In this document: in pieces, positions 1 to 9,498 of the stretch | How positions within the stretch are numbered: position 1 is the first letter of the stretch | Layout of the letters: each line of letters opens with the position of its first letter | NCBI GenBank assembly: GCA_002450905.1 | Contig: DKAT01000009.1 | Span: forward strand, 1-64,000 | DNA from: Spirochaetia bacterium UBA6919 | Lineage (GTDB): Bacteria; Spirochaetota; UBA6919 | Reading direction: 5' to 3' | DNA: 64,000 nucleotides | Notes under the pieces: model-generated | Database searches by the model: none | Seen by the model: the letters and a program-made list of their open reading frames with translations, nothing else | Told to the model about the DNA's origin: nothing | Translations under genes and position numbers: made by a program

Positions 1-28
1 GAATCAGAATTTTTAGTTCCGATTGTTT
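1..28. repeat. Palindromic intergenic element, copy 1, truncated by the window edge.
   Basis: The sequence gaatcagaatttttagttccgat is identical over 23 nt to the copy at 59973-59999. It is the 3' half of the ATCGGAA-N13-TTCCGAT hairpin consensus. Confidence 0.6.
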
Positions 29-122
29 TGGCTTTCGGTGGATTTGTATTAATCTGTTTTAGAATAATCTGAATATGTATGTTGATTATCGGATAACAGG
101 GTAATTACGAACAGCGATATTT

Positions 123-2093
123 TTATTTCAAGTCGCGACCCCGTTTCCCACCAGCGAGGATAAGAATTTCCATTGCGGAGACCTTATCACAGAGATCGAG
201 GGGTGTTTGATTGGACTTATCCTTTGCATTGACATCAGCTTTGCAAGAGAGGAGATGTTTGATCATATCGATATGACCTTTTTCAGCAGCGATGTGGAGG
301 GGTGTTTGATTGTATTTATTTCTTATTTCAATGAAAAGTCCTTTTTTTATTAAAGTTGTGGCAATTTTCAAAAAACCATTTCGAGCGGCTAAGTGAAGGG
401 TTGTATTCCCTTTGGGTACACGTTCCTGACAATTTAAACGGATTCCCTTATGGATAAGAAATTCTGCGACTTCAGGTTGTTTATATCCAATCGCCATACA
501 AAGGGCTTTCTCGTTCCACTTGTTTTGTAAGTTTATGTCTATCCCTTTTTTATTGAGAAGTTTAACGATATCTATTAATCCTTTCTGAACAGCAATATGA
601 TAGACTGTTTCGTTGTTCTTATCTGCAGTGTTAATATCAGAATCCTTTTGAATAAGATATTTTGCGATCCGTACATGTTTATTTTGAATGGCTTTGTGGA
701 GGGGTGTTCCTTCGGATGTGAAAGAATGTATATTGGCTCCCTTACTGATAAGCCATTTGACCAGTTGGACATCCTGAATTGCTGCATGGAGTGGTGTACT
801 ATGTACCCATTTATTGTGATCTATTAAAGGGATATTCACATTGGTGCCGTGTTGATATAATAATTCTGCGATTTTCAGATGTTTAACACCCATTGCAGTG
901 ATGAGGGCTGTGGAGTTCCTGACGTCGGCACCTTTCGAAATAAGCATTTTGACCATGTCATAATTTCTATTACCCACCGCAATATTTAAAGGGGTACCGC
1001 CATCTTTATAAACACGTGCCATTCCACTCGGTAAATTTATTTTGCTGCCCCTGTCAATGAGAAGTTTAGCTATCATTAAGTGATTGTGTTCGACGGCTAA
1101 ATGGAGGGGTGTGCGTTCTGTATTATATTCTCTTTGCATAATATCCGCACCTTTCTCCAGGAGATATCGGACAATCTTGATATGACCCCGTTTCGTCGCA
1201 GGATATAATCCAGCAATATATTTTTGAGATTTTTTATTAGTTGACAAATACTTTTCTATTAGGATTTTTACGATATCAGCATAGCCTAGATAAGATGCCC
1301 AATCGATTGGTGAAAGGGGGAGTTTGGTAGCATAGGGTGGCCAGATCATAATGAATGCATAGGGATCAGCCCCTTTCTGAACAAGAGATTTGACCTGATG
1401 GAGATCTCCTTTCTTCACAGCATCAAAGAGGGGGTAATTGTGTTCCGACCAGTCCTTGCCCAGCACTAAACCTTCCATCTGAAATCTCTGTCTAAATTTC
1501 AATCGATCATCAGGGGTTGCAATGTCCAGGGGTGTTCTGCCCAACTTGTCTTTGATGTTCACCTGAATGACTTCTAAGTATTTTTTATAATATAATTTTC
1601 TTTGTTTCTCATATACGTTTTCATGTTTTCTGCGGAATGACCGCTTGTTTGCGTTGTAGAGAAAGGAATCTTTGGTGCTGTAATGGATAATGGTTTGACC
1701 TTGGTTGTCCTGCAAGTTGAAATTGGCATTGTATTTAATACAGAATAGGATAAATATTTCCTTGTCCTTGTCTTCCTTGAAACCGTTGTTGAGGTAGTAC
1801 ATGTGGAGAGGGGATCTGCCATCGTTGTCCTGGGCGTTGATATCGGCTCCTTTGTTCAGTAGCAGGGTTGATGCGATGCGATCGTTATTCTGAAAGGCGT
1901 AGTGGAGGGGTGTTCTGCCCTTTTGATCCTTTGTGTTGGGATTGGTACCCTGTTTTAATAATTCGGTGAGGGCTTTGTGATTATGCTCCTTCACTGAGAT
2001 AAAGAGCTTTTCTTCCCTACTGGTGCAGGTGGTTAGGAAGATTAGTAAAATTATTATCAGGGATCTTTTCATAATATCCTCACTTGTCGACAA
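123..2093 (-). CDS. Secreted or lipoprotein ankyrin-repeat protein with about 15-17 ANK repeats.
   Basis: The 656-aa ORF has a signal peptide with lipobox-like LTTC, so the true start is probably the internal MKRSL. TPLH/ALxxGA/NxxDxxG ankyrin motifs recur through the whole length. Confidence 0.8.
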   Translation of the reverse strand: MSTSEDIMKRSLIIILLIFLTTCTSREEKLFISVKEHNHKALTELLKQGTNPNTKDQKGRTPLHYAFQNNDRIASTLLLNKGADINAQDNDGRSPLHMYYLNNGFKEDKDKEIFILFCIKYNANFNLQDNQGQTIIHYSTKDSFLYNANKRSFRRKHENVYEKQRKLYYKKYLEVIQVNIKDKLGRTPLDIATPDDRLKFRQRFQMEGLVLGKDWSEHNYPLFDAVKKGDLHQVKSLVQKGADPYAFIMIWPPYATKLPLSPIDWASYLGYADIVKILIEKYLSTNKKSQKYIAGLYPATKRGHIKIVRYLLEKGADIMQREYNTERTPLHLAVEHNHLMIAKLLIDRGSKINLPSGMARVYKDGGTPLNIAVGNRNYDMVKMLISKGADVRNSTALITAMGVKHLKIAELLYQHGTNVNIPLIDHNKWVHSTPLHAAIQDVQLVKWLISKGANIHSFTSEGTPLHKAIQNKHVRIAKYLIQKDSDINTADKNNETVYHIAVQKGLIDIVKLLNKKGIDINLQNKWNEKALCMAIGYKQPEVAEFLIHKGIRLNCQERVPKGNTTLHLAARNGFLKIATTLIKKGLFIEIRNKYNQTPLHIAAEKGHIDMIKHLLSCKADVNAKDKSNQTPLDLCDKVSAMEILILAGGKRGRDLK

Positions 2094-2163
2094 AGAAATA
2101 TGTTATTCGATAGGGTGATGAAATATTTTTTTATATGGGTTCGTCTCCATGGACTGTATTTTA

Positions 2164-2940
2164 TCACTTATTCTTGTTATATATAATTTTTAAGCCTTTT
2201 AAGGTCAATAGGGTGTCGGTGACGTCGATGCAATGGGTACCCGATTGGATTAATTTGGATAGCCCTCCCGTTGCGATGACCTGGCAATTATTCAGGGATA
2301 ATTCCTGTTTGAGGTGTTCTATCATCCCTTCGAGCATATAGACTGCTCCGTAATAGACTCCTGAACACATGGCGTGGGATGTACTTTTCCCTAATAATGT
2401 ATCGGGCTTCTGTAATTCGATGTTGGGTAGTTTGGATGCTTTCTGGCTGAGGGATTCCATACTCATAATCAGTCCTGGCATGATGATCCCTCCCATGTAT
2501 TCCGCCTTCTCGGATAGTACACAGAACGTTGTAGCCGTGCCGAAGTCGATAATGATGGCTGGTCCTCCGTAGAGTTCATGGACTGCTACGGCATTGACGA
2601 TTCGATCCGCTCCTATTTCTGAGGGATTGGGGTAATTGAATGTGATGCCTGTCCTGATCTGATGGGTTACAAAGAGGGGTTTGGTGTGGAAGAACTTTTC
2701 TGACATCTGCTGTACAGCGTGATTAATAGGGGGAACAACGCTTGAGCAGATAATACCAGATATATCACTGCTGTTTATTTTACTGTGGAACAAGAGTGAT
2801 TTAAGAAGAACTCCTAGTTCGTCAGAGGTTGCCCGTTTGTGAGTCCCGACCCTGTTACTGGCGATTAGTTGATCATCCTTATTGAGATCATAGATCCCGA
2901 CGACCATATTGGTATTACCGATATCGATTGCTAAGAGCAT
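2164..2940 (-). CDS. coaX: Type III pantothenate kinase.
   Basis: The N-terminus MLLAIDIGNTNMVVGIY is the ASKHA-fold signature, and the length is 258 aa. It overlaps the upstream birA by 10 nt, matching the conserved birA-coaX pairing. Confidence 0.85.
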   Translation of the reverse strand: MLLAIDIGNTNMVVGIYDLNKDDQLIASNRVGTHKRATSDELGVLLKSLLFHSKINSSDISGIICSSVVPPINHAVQQMSEKFFHTKPLFVTHQIRTGITFNYPNPSEIGADRIVNAVAVHELYGGPAIIIDFGTATTFCVLSEKAEYMGGIIMPGLIMSMESLSQKASKLPNIELQKPDTLLGKSTSHAMCSGVYYGAVYMLEGMIEHLKQELSLNNCQVIATGGLSKLIQSGTHCIDVTDTLLTLKGLKIIYNKNK

Positions 2941-3737
2941 ATTTTGATGTCTCCTGATATAATTGGGATTAATTTACCTTTGGAATCTTTTATCAATAAA
3001 TATCCATCGTTGTTCAGTCCTTGTACATGACCTTTGATTTGGGTATTTTCATCGACCTGGATTTCGATATCCTTTCCTTTCAGATAAAATCGGATGCCAA
3101 TTTCTTTTAACAGGTTATAATATTTATTTTCGATCCATTGATAATATATTTTCTCCATCTCATATAGAATTGAAGAGAAGATGAGTTCCCGTTTTATTTC
3201 TAAATCAGATTCTATAGAAACAGATGTGGCGATATCTTTTAATTCATCAGGGAAATCATCAGGACTCTGGTTGAGATTAATCCCTATACCAAGGACAACA
3301 TAGGGTAACTTATATTGAATAGCCCTTTGGGGTAAGGATTCATCATGAAATCGGATTTCACTTAATATTCCACAGCACTTCTTATCATTGATATATATAT
3401 CATTAGGCCATTTAATCATGGGTTTTACAGGATAGAGAGCTTCGAGGGATTTTGTAACAGCAAGAGCAGTAATCTGGGTGAGTTGAGGGAGCTTATCTGA
3501 TTTGATATTTGGGAATAATAAGATGGAGAACATCAGAGATTTATCAGGATTCGAGTGCCATGATCTGTTCATCCTGCCTTTCCCAGCAGTTTGATGATCT
3601 GCAATGACCACAACACCTTCTGTAAAAGGGCCTTCATATTCATTGAATAAAAAATTGTTGGTGGAATCGATGGTTGGGAAGTGGATGAGTTTTTTTCCAA
3701 ATGTGTGGGTATTTAAAGAGGGATTGAATGACGACAT
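2931..3737 (-). CDS. birA: Biotin--[acetyl-CoA-carboxylase] ligase.
   Basis: It carries the GKGRMNRSWHS biotin-binding loop, which resembles the GRGRRGRxW motif, and it is 268 aa. It overlaps coaX. Confidence 0.8.
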   Translation of the reverse strand: MSSFNPSLNTHTFGKKLIHFPTIDSTNNFLFNEYEGPFTEGVVVIADHQTAGKGRMNRSWHSNPDKSLMFSILLFPNIKSDKLPQLTQITALAVTKSLEALYPVKPMIKWPNDIYINDKKCCGILSEIRFHDESLPQRAIQYKLPYVVLGIGINLNQSPDDFPDELKDIATSVSIESDLEIKRELIFSSILYEMEKIYYQWIENKYYNLLKEIGIRFYLKGKDIEIQVDENTQIKGHVQGLNNDGYLLIKDSKGKLIPIISGDIKICS

Positions 3738-3810
3738 AGACAGTACTCCCTAATTTATCAGGAAATATACAGAATAATTTGATAAACGTCTATAATCAAT
3801 GGGATATCGT

Positions 3811-6264
3811 TTACAGAACGGTCTTCGGGAGTTCAACGATCAATTCAGTCCCCTCCTCTTCTGAAGTAATGAAGGATATTTTCCCATTGTGTACCCTGGT
3901 TATCAGTAACGCACTATAAGTTCCCAGGCCAGTACCCTTAACCTTCCCACTGGTAGAATATTTCTCAAAAAAGTGATCTCTTATATCTTCGGGTATCACA
4001 CCCAAATTGTGGACTTTTATTATATAATAATCCATGTTTTCCTCAATTTTGAAAGTAATAACACCATCTGTTGGTGAGGCCTCAATGGCATTTTTTATAA
4101 GATTACTCAGGAGGTTCTCGATGTGGAAAGGGTCACAGACAATCTGGTATTCAAAATGAAGGGGTATAACTTTCCCATTTAATTGATAGGAAAGTATAAT
4201 ATTTTTAGAACTTATCGTACTATCGCATTCAGTAATAAGTTTATCAATGACTTTAAAAATATTGATAGAGTGCAATTGTAATTGATAAGTCCCTTGCTCC
4301 ATTTTATGAATATCCAGCGAATGATTAATCATATTGAGCATTTTTGTTCCGCTGTCATGAATTATATTAGCCCATTGAAGAAATGGCTGATCCTTTAATC
4401 GCATTTTAAACAAATCTGCAAAGCCTTGAATCGCTACAAGAGGTGCTTTCAGGTCATGACGTATGATTCGTTCAGTATCCTCTCGCATGTGTTCAATTCT
4501 TTTTCTCTCGGAAATATCTATTACAACACCCTGTATGGCTTTAAGTCCTTTAAAGGGAAATGGGCTCAAGGATATAGCGACATCCATTGTATTATAAGGT
4601 GCGAATTTGAATCGGTATTCGTCGGTCTGGATGGTATCTTGCATCTTATAAACCATTGATATTTTATCATACAAACGATCAATATCCCCGTGATGTATAT
4701 AGGATAAAAATGATTTCCCAATAGTAGGTTGAATATTAATCTTAGTTAACATATCACTCAGTGCGTGATTATATAATAATACCTTATCCTTATGGAATAT
4801 AAAAATACCTACGGGAGACTGTTCAACAAGATTTTGAAAAACATGAATTTTATAATTCTCAATAAAGTTAACAGATAATCCACCAAAAGAAGTTAGTATA
4901 ATGGATAGTAAGGGCGTAAGCATATCGATAAGTATATTATTTGTTGTATATAAAAGGAAACTTAGTCCAATGAAAGCTATAAAAACAATACCAATAAGGA
5001 TAATGTTCATTGGATTAGATAATTTTTTAAATAGGATCATGGTTGTCAGGGATAAAATAGTCAGAATGATAATATAGTAATAGTTTTCCCTAAACTCCAA
5101 TATGAAATCATTGTTTATATAATTGTTTATCAGTGTTGCATGTAGGTGTACCCCCGCTTCTCTCTTGTTAAATGGGGTTGGATGTATATCCCAGTGCGTA
5201 TCCACAATACTTCCAATAAGGACGATCTTTTCCCGAAATAATTCAGGAGCAACTTTCATAATATCTTTATCAAGTAATTCCTTTTCTGGTAAAATATTTA
5301 ATCCTCTTAATGTATCCCACAAAGCCTTAATATTCTTTGTACTTCGAAAGACATTTTGAAATAAATTGGGAGGTAATGTTTTAACAGACTGTGAGTTTTG
5401 CTTCATCACCTCCACATAATCGACCACCTTTAAAATATCACTCATATAATAATCATTGTAAATATCGTTAGTACCATAATACTTTAAACGGATGTTCCCA
5501 TATTTATCCACAGGGATTTTCCGATTATTAATATGAAGATAATTGCCATCAAACAGGATATTTTTAGCTGAGGATAATTTTATTATGGCTGATAAGGATA
5601 AGGAAGGATAGTATTGATTGTAATAGTTAATAAGAAGTGGTAATCTGCGATAGATATGATCAGTATCTATTGTTGCATTAATCATTCCAAGTGAATAAGC
5701 TGATTGAGTAAATCTTTCAATGGGGGTTATAACGGATTGGGATTTAATAAATGGATTGAGGTACGTATTTTTAAATTGAATTGGTATATGAAATCTCTCT
5801 ATAAAAGGCTTTTGGGGTAATTTATTTTGATATTTAAATAATTGCGATAAAATCACATTTCCTGAATCTCTAATAGCTGAATCAAATTGATTGTCATCAC
5901 CCTTCGAATCACTGATATTCCTCTGATTATCATAGACAGACTCCTCGCTAAATAATATATCCATCAGAACAATCTTTGCACCACATTCCTTTAAATAACG
6001 GATTATCTTTCCATAAAAACTCCTCTTCCAGGGCCATCCCATCTGATAATGCTTTCGGGCATAATCCAGATCTTTCTGACTAATCATTACATACACAATA
6101 TCTTTACTCGTCTTCTCAGGTTGAGCAAAGCTCCGTACAAGGGAATCGGATAAAATATTCTCAAATACCCTCATATTTTCAGACAAATAAAAAACAGATA
6201 GAAGTATAGAAATCGATAGTGCAACAAGATAATGTATTTTAACGTACTGGAAAATAGTTTTCAT
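3811..6264 (-). CDS. Sensor histidine kinase with an N-terminal periplasmic CHASE2-type domain, a multi-TM segment, a PAS domain and a HisKA-HATPase core.
   Basis: The 817-aa ORF has a TM segment, about 300 aa of periplasmic domain, a cluster of TM helices, then an H-box RHDLKAPLVAIQGF and a G-box GTGLGTYSA. No response regulator is adjacent. Confidence 0.75.
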   Translation of the reverse strand: MKTIFQYVKIHYLVALSISILLSVFYLSENMRVFENILSDSLVRSFAQPEKTSKDIVYVMISQKDLDYARKHYQMGWPWKRSFYGKIIRYLKECGAKIVLMDILFSEESVYDNQRNISDSKGDDNQFDSAIRDSGNVILSQLFKYQNKLPQKPFIERFHIPIQFKNTYLNPFIKSQSVITPIERFTQSAYSLGMINATIDTDHIYRRLPLLINYYNQYYPSLSLSAIIKLSSAKNILFDGNYLHINNRKIPVDKYGNIRLKYYGTNDIYNDYYMSDILKVVDYVEVMKQNSQSVKTLPPNLFQNVFRSTKNIKALWDTLRGLNILPEKELLDKDIMKVAPELFREKIVLIGSIVDTHWDIHPTPFNKREAGVHLHATLINNYINNDFILEFRENYYYIIILTILSLTTMILFKKLSNPMNIILIGIVFIAFIGLSFLLYTTNNILIDMLTPLLSIILTSFGGLSVNFIENYKIHVFQNLVEQSPVGIFIFHKDKVLLYNHALSDMLTKINIQPTIGKSFLSYIHHGDIDRLYDKISMVYKMQDTIQTDEYRFKFAPYNTMDVAISLSPFPFKGLKAIQGVVIDISERKRIEHMREDTERIIRHDLKAPLVAIQGFADLFKMRLKDQPFLQWANIIHDSGTKMLNMINHSLDIHKMEQGTYQLQLHSINIFKVIDKLITECDSTISSKNIILSYQLNGKVIPLHFEYQIVCDPFHIENLLSNLIKNAIEASPTDGVITFKIEENMDYYIIKVHNLGVIPEDIRDHFFEKYSTSGKVKGTGLGTYSALLITRVHNGKISFITSEEEGTELIVELPKTVL

Positions 6265-6334
6265 GAGATACTTCTATCAAATTAAGTTGATTGAATACAT
6301 TATATAATCTAATTAATGTAAATCACTATTCCAA

Positions 6335-7594
6335 CTAAAATTTAATTGATCCTCCCATAATAATCCCTATCGAAAGTCGCTTCCATTCAGCAAGAATTTG
6401 AGAAAACTTAGGTAATTGATTTGGTTTACTTTCATTTATACTTGATTTCCCATATTGGATTATAAATCCTATTCCAGAAGTCATTATAGGGGTAATATAT
6501 CCAAGACCTATCGTTCCACCATAGCTATTCACCCTTTCCGACTGGCTATATTCTGAAGCTCCTGAAGTATTCGTGAAAGCTCCCCACCGCAATGCGAATA
6601 CATCACTCAGATAAATTTCCATTCCAAAAGAAAGATCGATATGACTACGCTCCTCGTGATAGGCATTAGGATCAGTTGCACGGAAGATATCATAAGGTGC
6701 ATTATACTTCATATAGAAATAATATATAAAATCAAGTGCTATAGTAATTTTTTTACTCTTCTCAAATGCCAATCCCACTGCTAACCTATGGGGTAAACGT
6801 ACATCACCTTTCACCTCCGCTGTATTCCTGGAATCAAGCCCGAATCCATTATGGACAAATTTATATGCTGAAGAATTGTTCCCTTCGATAAAAATAGTTT
6901 CCATACCATACATAACTCCTATCTTAAATTTATTAAATATGTTCCACCTTAAACCAAAAATAGGGGTTAATCCAAGACTTGTTATCTGATTTTGTTGTTG
7001 AGCAAAAATATATGAGGATCCAGATTTGGTTTCTTCATAAAAAGCCGCAACACTTCCTTGAAAGTAGTGAAAAAATATGGATACTCCTATTGAAAAACTC
7101 TTGGTTATCTGATAAGCAAGGGTCGGGCCAAACAACCAGCTTTCAGTGTCTAAATCCAAATTAAGTGATGCTGAAGTGGTAGAATCTGAATAGTACCCAA
7201 TGGATGAGAATTTTACTTTATCGATTTCAAGTAATGAAAATCCGAGGGCAAAACCTCCACCCAGATTAAATGTAAGACTCACAGTTGTTGGGATAACATT
7301 AAATTTTTTTATTTGATTAGTAATATTGGGCGGTTGTCCTGAATCCCGGCGTGACCAATTCTGATAGGAATACATATTGACACTGAGTGAAAGCGATGTC
7401 GATTGAATAAATGCTATTCCCGCTGGATTATAAAACACCCCAGAGCCATCTTCAGACAAGGCTGTATACGCACCCCCCATCATCGCCGCTCTATCCCCAA
7501 TCAGTTGATTCCGGTTATTCCAAAAATCGCAAAATCCATTTTGCCCTGAATAGATTATTAATAAAATTGATAGTGCTAATAATCGGATTATCAT
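6335..7594 (-). CDS. Outer-membrane transporter of the FadL/TodX (OmpP1) family.
   Basis: The ORF has a signal peptide, an N-terminal GGAYTALSEDGSGVFYNPAGIAF motif typical of FadL, a length of 419 aa and a C-terminal Phe (IKF). Confidence 0.55.
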   Translation of the reverse strand: MIIRLLALSILLIIYSGQNGFCDFWNNRNQLIGDRAAMMGGAYTALSEDGSGVFYNPAGIAFIQSTSLSLSVNMYSYQNWSRRDSGQPPNITNQIKKFNVIPTTVSLTFNLGGGFALGFSLLEIDKVKFSSIGYYSDSTTSASLNLDLDTESWLFGPTLAYQITKSFSIGVSIFFHYFQGSVAAFYEETKSGSSYIFAQQQNQITSLGLTPIFGLRWNIFNKFKIGVMYGMETIFIEGNNSSAYKFVHNGFGLDSRNTAEVKGDVRLPHRLAVGLAFEKSKKITIALDFIYYFYMKYNAPYDIFRATDPNAYHEERSHIDLSFGMEIYLSDVFALRWGAFTNTSGASEYSQSERVNSYGGTIGLGYITPIMTSGIGFIIQYGKSSINESKPNQLPKFSQILAEWKRLSIGIIMGGSIKF

Positions 7595-7724
7595 AATTTT
7601 CCCCCTTAATAAGATTTGATTATAAATGTATTTAGTATAATATTACTTGTAGAGCATCACCTCCTTACACCAACTTCACCGAAATATTTTCAATGAGTTG
7701 ATACTTGTTATTCAATAGAACGCA

Positions 7725-7751
7725 ATCGGAACCAAATATTTTGATTCCGAT
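7725..7751. repeat. Palindromic intergenic element, copy 2.
   Basis: The sequence is atcggaaccaaatattttgattccgat. It lies between the M48 gene stop and the FadL gene start. Confidence 0.7.
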
Positions 7752-7770
7752 ACTTCTTCGTATTATTAAT

Positions 7771-8679
7771 TTAGTCTTCCATGTTTTCAACAACATTCTG
7801 GAATCGTTGATGACGTTTTGTATTATAATTTGGAATATCCTCATTGGATGAACTAATTTTCTTTTCAACATTCATCGCGCGTTGATTGGGTGTTCCATGA
7901 ATACCTTCATGTTTTTTGAGTCTTTTTAATACTTCTGAGAATCCATGGGGATTATAACCTGAGCGAATTAAAATGTCAACAGCCATTAAGTCCGCTTCTT
8001 TCTCTTTATCAGAATCATATCCCGATTGAATATTTTTATATATTTCATCCACAATATTTCCAAAAATAAGGGTAGAATGGGAAATATTATGAGGCGATAA
8101 AGCTCTGCCAGTTACAAATTGAATGAGTTCAGAAATAATTTTTCTTTTGTTATAGTCATTTACAGAAATCATTGGATGCTTCAATGCAATATGACTGACT
8201 TCATGAGCCATGACAGCTGCTAATTCGTCTTCATTTTTAACAATGTCGAGTAGTCCTGTTGTTATAAAAATATATCCACTGGGTACAGCATAGGCATTTC
8301 TATGAGTTGATTTTAATACAACAAATCGATATCCCTGATAGGTTTCAGGTCGATCGGACGCTGAAGCCAGGGTATGACCAATTTTCGTGATATAGAGATT
8401 TAAATCTGATTTTCCATTCTTATGGAGGGGATATTCTTTTAATACGCGTGCTGAGAGCGTCCTTCCCAGATAATATTCTTCCTTGGGTGTGAATTCATGG
8501 TTGTATACCTTGTATAATTCAGTCAATTTAGCTACAGCCCCTACAGTGGTGAAAATGAGATTTCTCTGGGTGGCTATAAAATGGGATAATCCGCTGCACT
8601 CAAACAAGATGAAAATATAGATCAGGAAAGAGATGATAATGATTATCATTTTATTTTTTTTTGAAAACTTAGAAATCAT
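7771..8679 (-). CDS. M48-family zinc metalloprotease (BepA/Ste24-like).
   Basis: It contains the HEXXH motif MAHEVSHIALKH and has an N-terminal TM or signal segment. Its start overlaps the stop of the upstream SH3b lipoprotein gene (ATGA). Confidence 0.7.
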   Translation of the reverse strand: MISKFSKKNKMIIIIISFLIYIFILFECSGLSHFIATQRNLIFTTVGAVAKLTELYKVYNHEFTPKEEYYLGRTLSARVLKEYPLHKNGKSDLNLYITKIGHTLASASDRPETYQGYRFVVLKSTHRNAYAVPSGYIFITTGLLDIVKNEDELAAVMAHEVSHIALKHPMISVNDYNKRKIISELIQFVTGRALSPHNISHSTLIFGNIVDEIYKNIQSGYDSDKEKEADLMAVDILIRSGYNPHGFSEVLKRLKKHEGIHGTPNQRAMNVEKKISSSNEDIPNYNTKRHQRFQNVVENMED

Positions 8680-9317
8680 TTTAAACCTCCTTTATTCTTT
8701 TGAAAATATTTTGTGTATTCTCCAAGACTTCCCTCCATTCTCCACTTTTGAAATCTTTTTTGAATATTATCTATTTCACCCTGTTTATTTAAATGATCTA
8801 CTAAATCATATCGTAATGTCTTATTCTTTTTACGATAAGACTTTTCAATATCATCTGTAAATCCCTTGGAACCGACGGATGCAGTGGTCTCCTCATCAAA
8901 CTTCTTTATCCTTTGAGAATTATTGTTTTCTTGAAAACCCTTTACGCCTGTAGAAGAAGTAGTTTCTTCATCAAAATGAAATTTACCAGATTTATTCTGA
9001 CTATTTTCAAATTTTTTGATATCCTTCTCTCTCTCAATCTGGCGTAAGAAATTCTTTGTATTGATAAGAGTTTCCTGATGGATATATCCTGAAAGAGTAT
9101 TACTGATTTTGATCTTCACCCATTTATAATACATACCCTCGATTTGGACTGTTTTTCCAAAGGGGATCCGGGTTATTTGGTTGGAAAAGGCATTAGGATA
9201 TAAATATACTCTGGCTAGAACATGAGTTACGTAAAATTTATTTTCATCGGCATGAAGACATACACTCAACAAAATAATTATTATAAGGATGATCAGTGTA
9301 TTTTTTAGAGAATTCAT
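8676..9317 (-). CDS. Lipoprotein with an SH3b-like domain and an internal tandem repeat.
   Basis: It has a signal peptide with lipobox LSVC, an SH3-like stretch YKWVKIKISNTLSGYIHQ, and two copies of FDEETT(S/A)S(T/V)G(V/S)KGF. Confidence 0.5.
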   Translation of the reverse strand: MNSLKNTLIILIIIILLSVCLHADENKFYVTHVLARVYLYPNAFSNQITRIPFGKTVQIEGMYYKWVKIKISNTLSGYIHQETLINTKNFLRQIEREKDIKKFENSQNKSGKFHFDEETTSSTGVKGFQENNNSQRIKKFDEETTASVGSKGFTDDIEKSYRKKNKTLRYDLVDHLNKQGEIDNIQKRFQKWRMEGSLGEYTKYFQKNKGGLK

Positions 9318-9498
9318 TTTATCCTCCCAATATTTTTTTTATATTATAAATATATTATAAAATTTAATATTAGTCTGTCTTATTGTTAGACAAAAATGAT
9401 TTTTTTATTATTTTATTAAAAATTGATCAATAAATGGGAGTTATAGACACGATAAAATACCCAAGGTATGATCCCTGAAATAAGATTTCATTGGAGAA

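Noticed and set aside
575-1822. Three ORFs of 70-82 aa inside or antisense to the ankyrin-repeat gene.
   Set aside because: They overlap a well-supported long ORF, and their translations are low-complexity with no SD or motifs.
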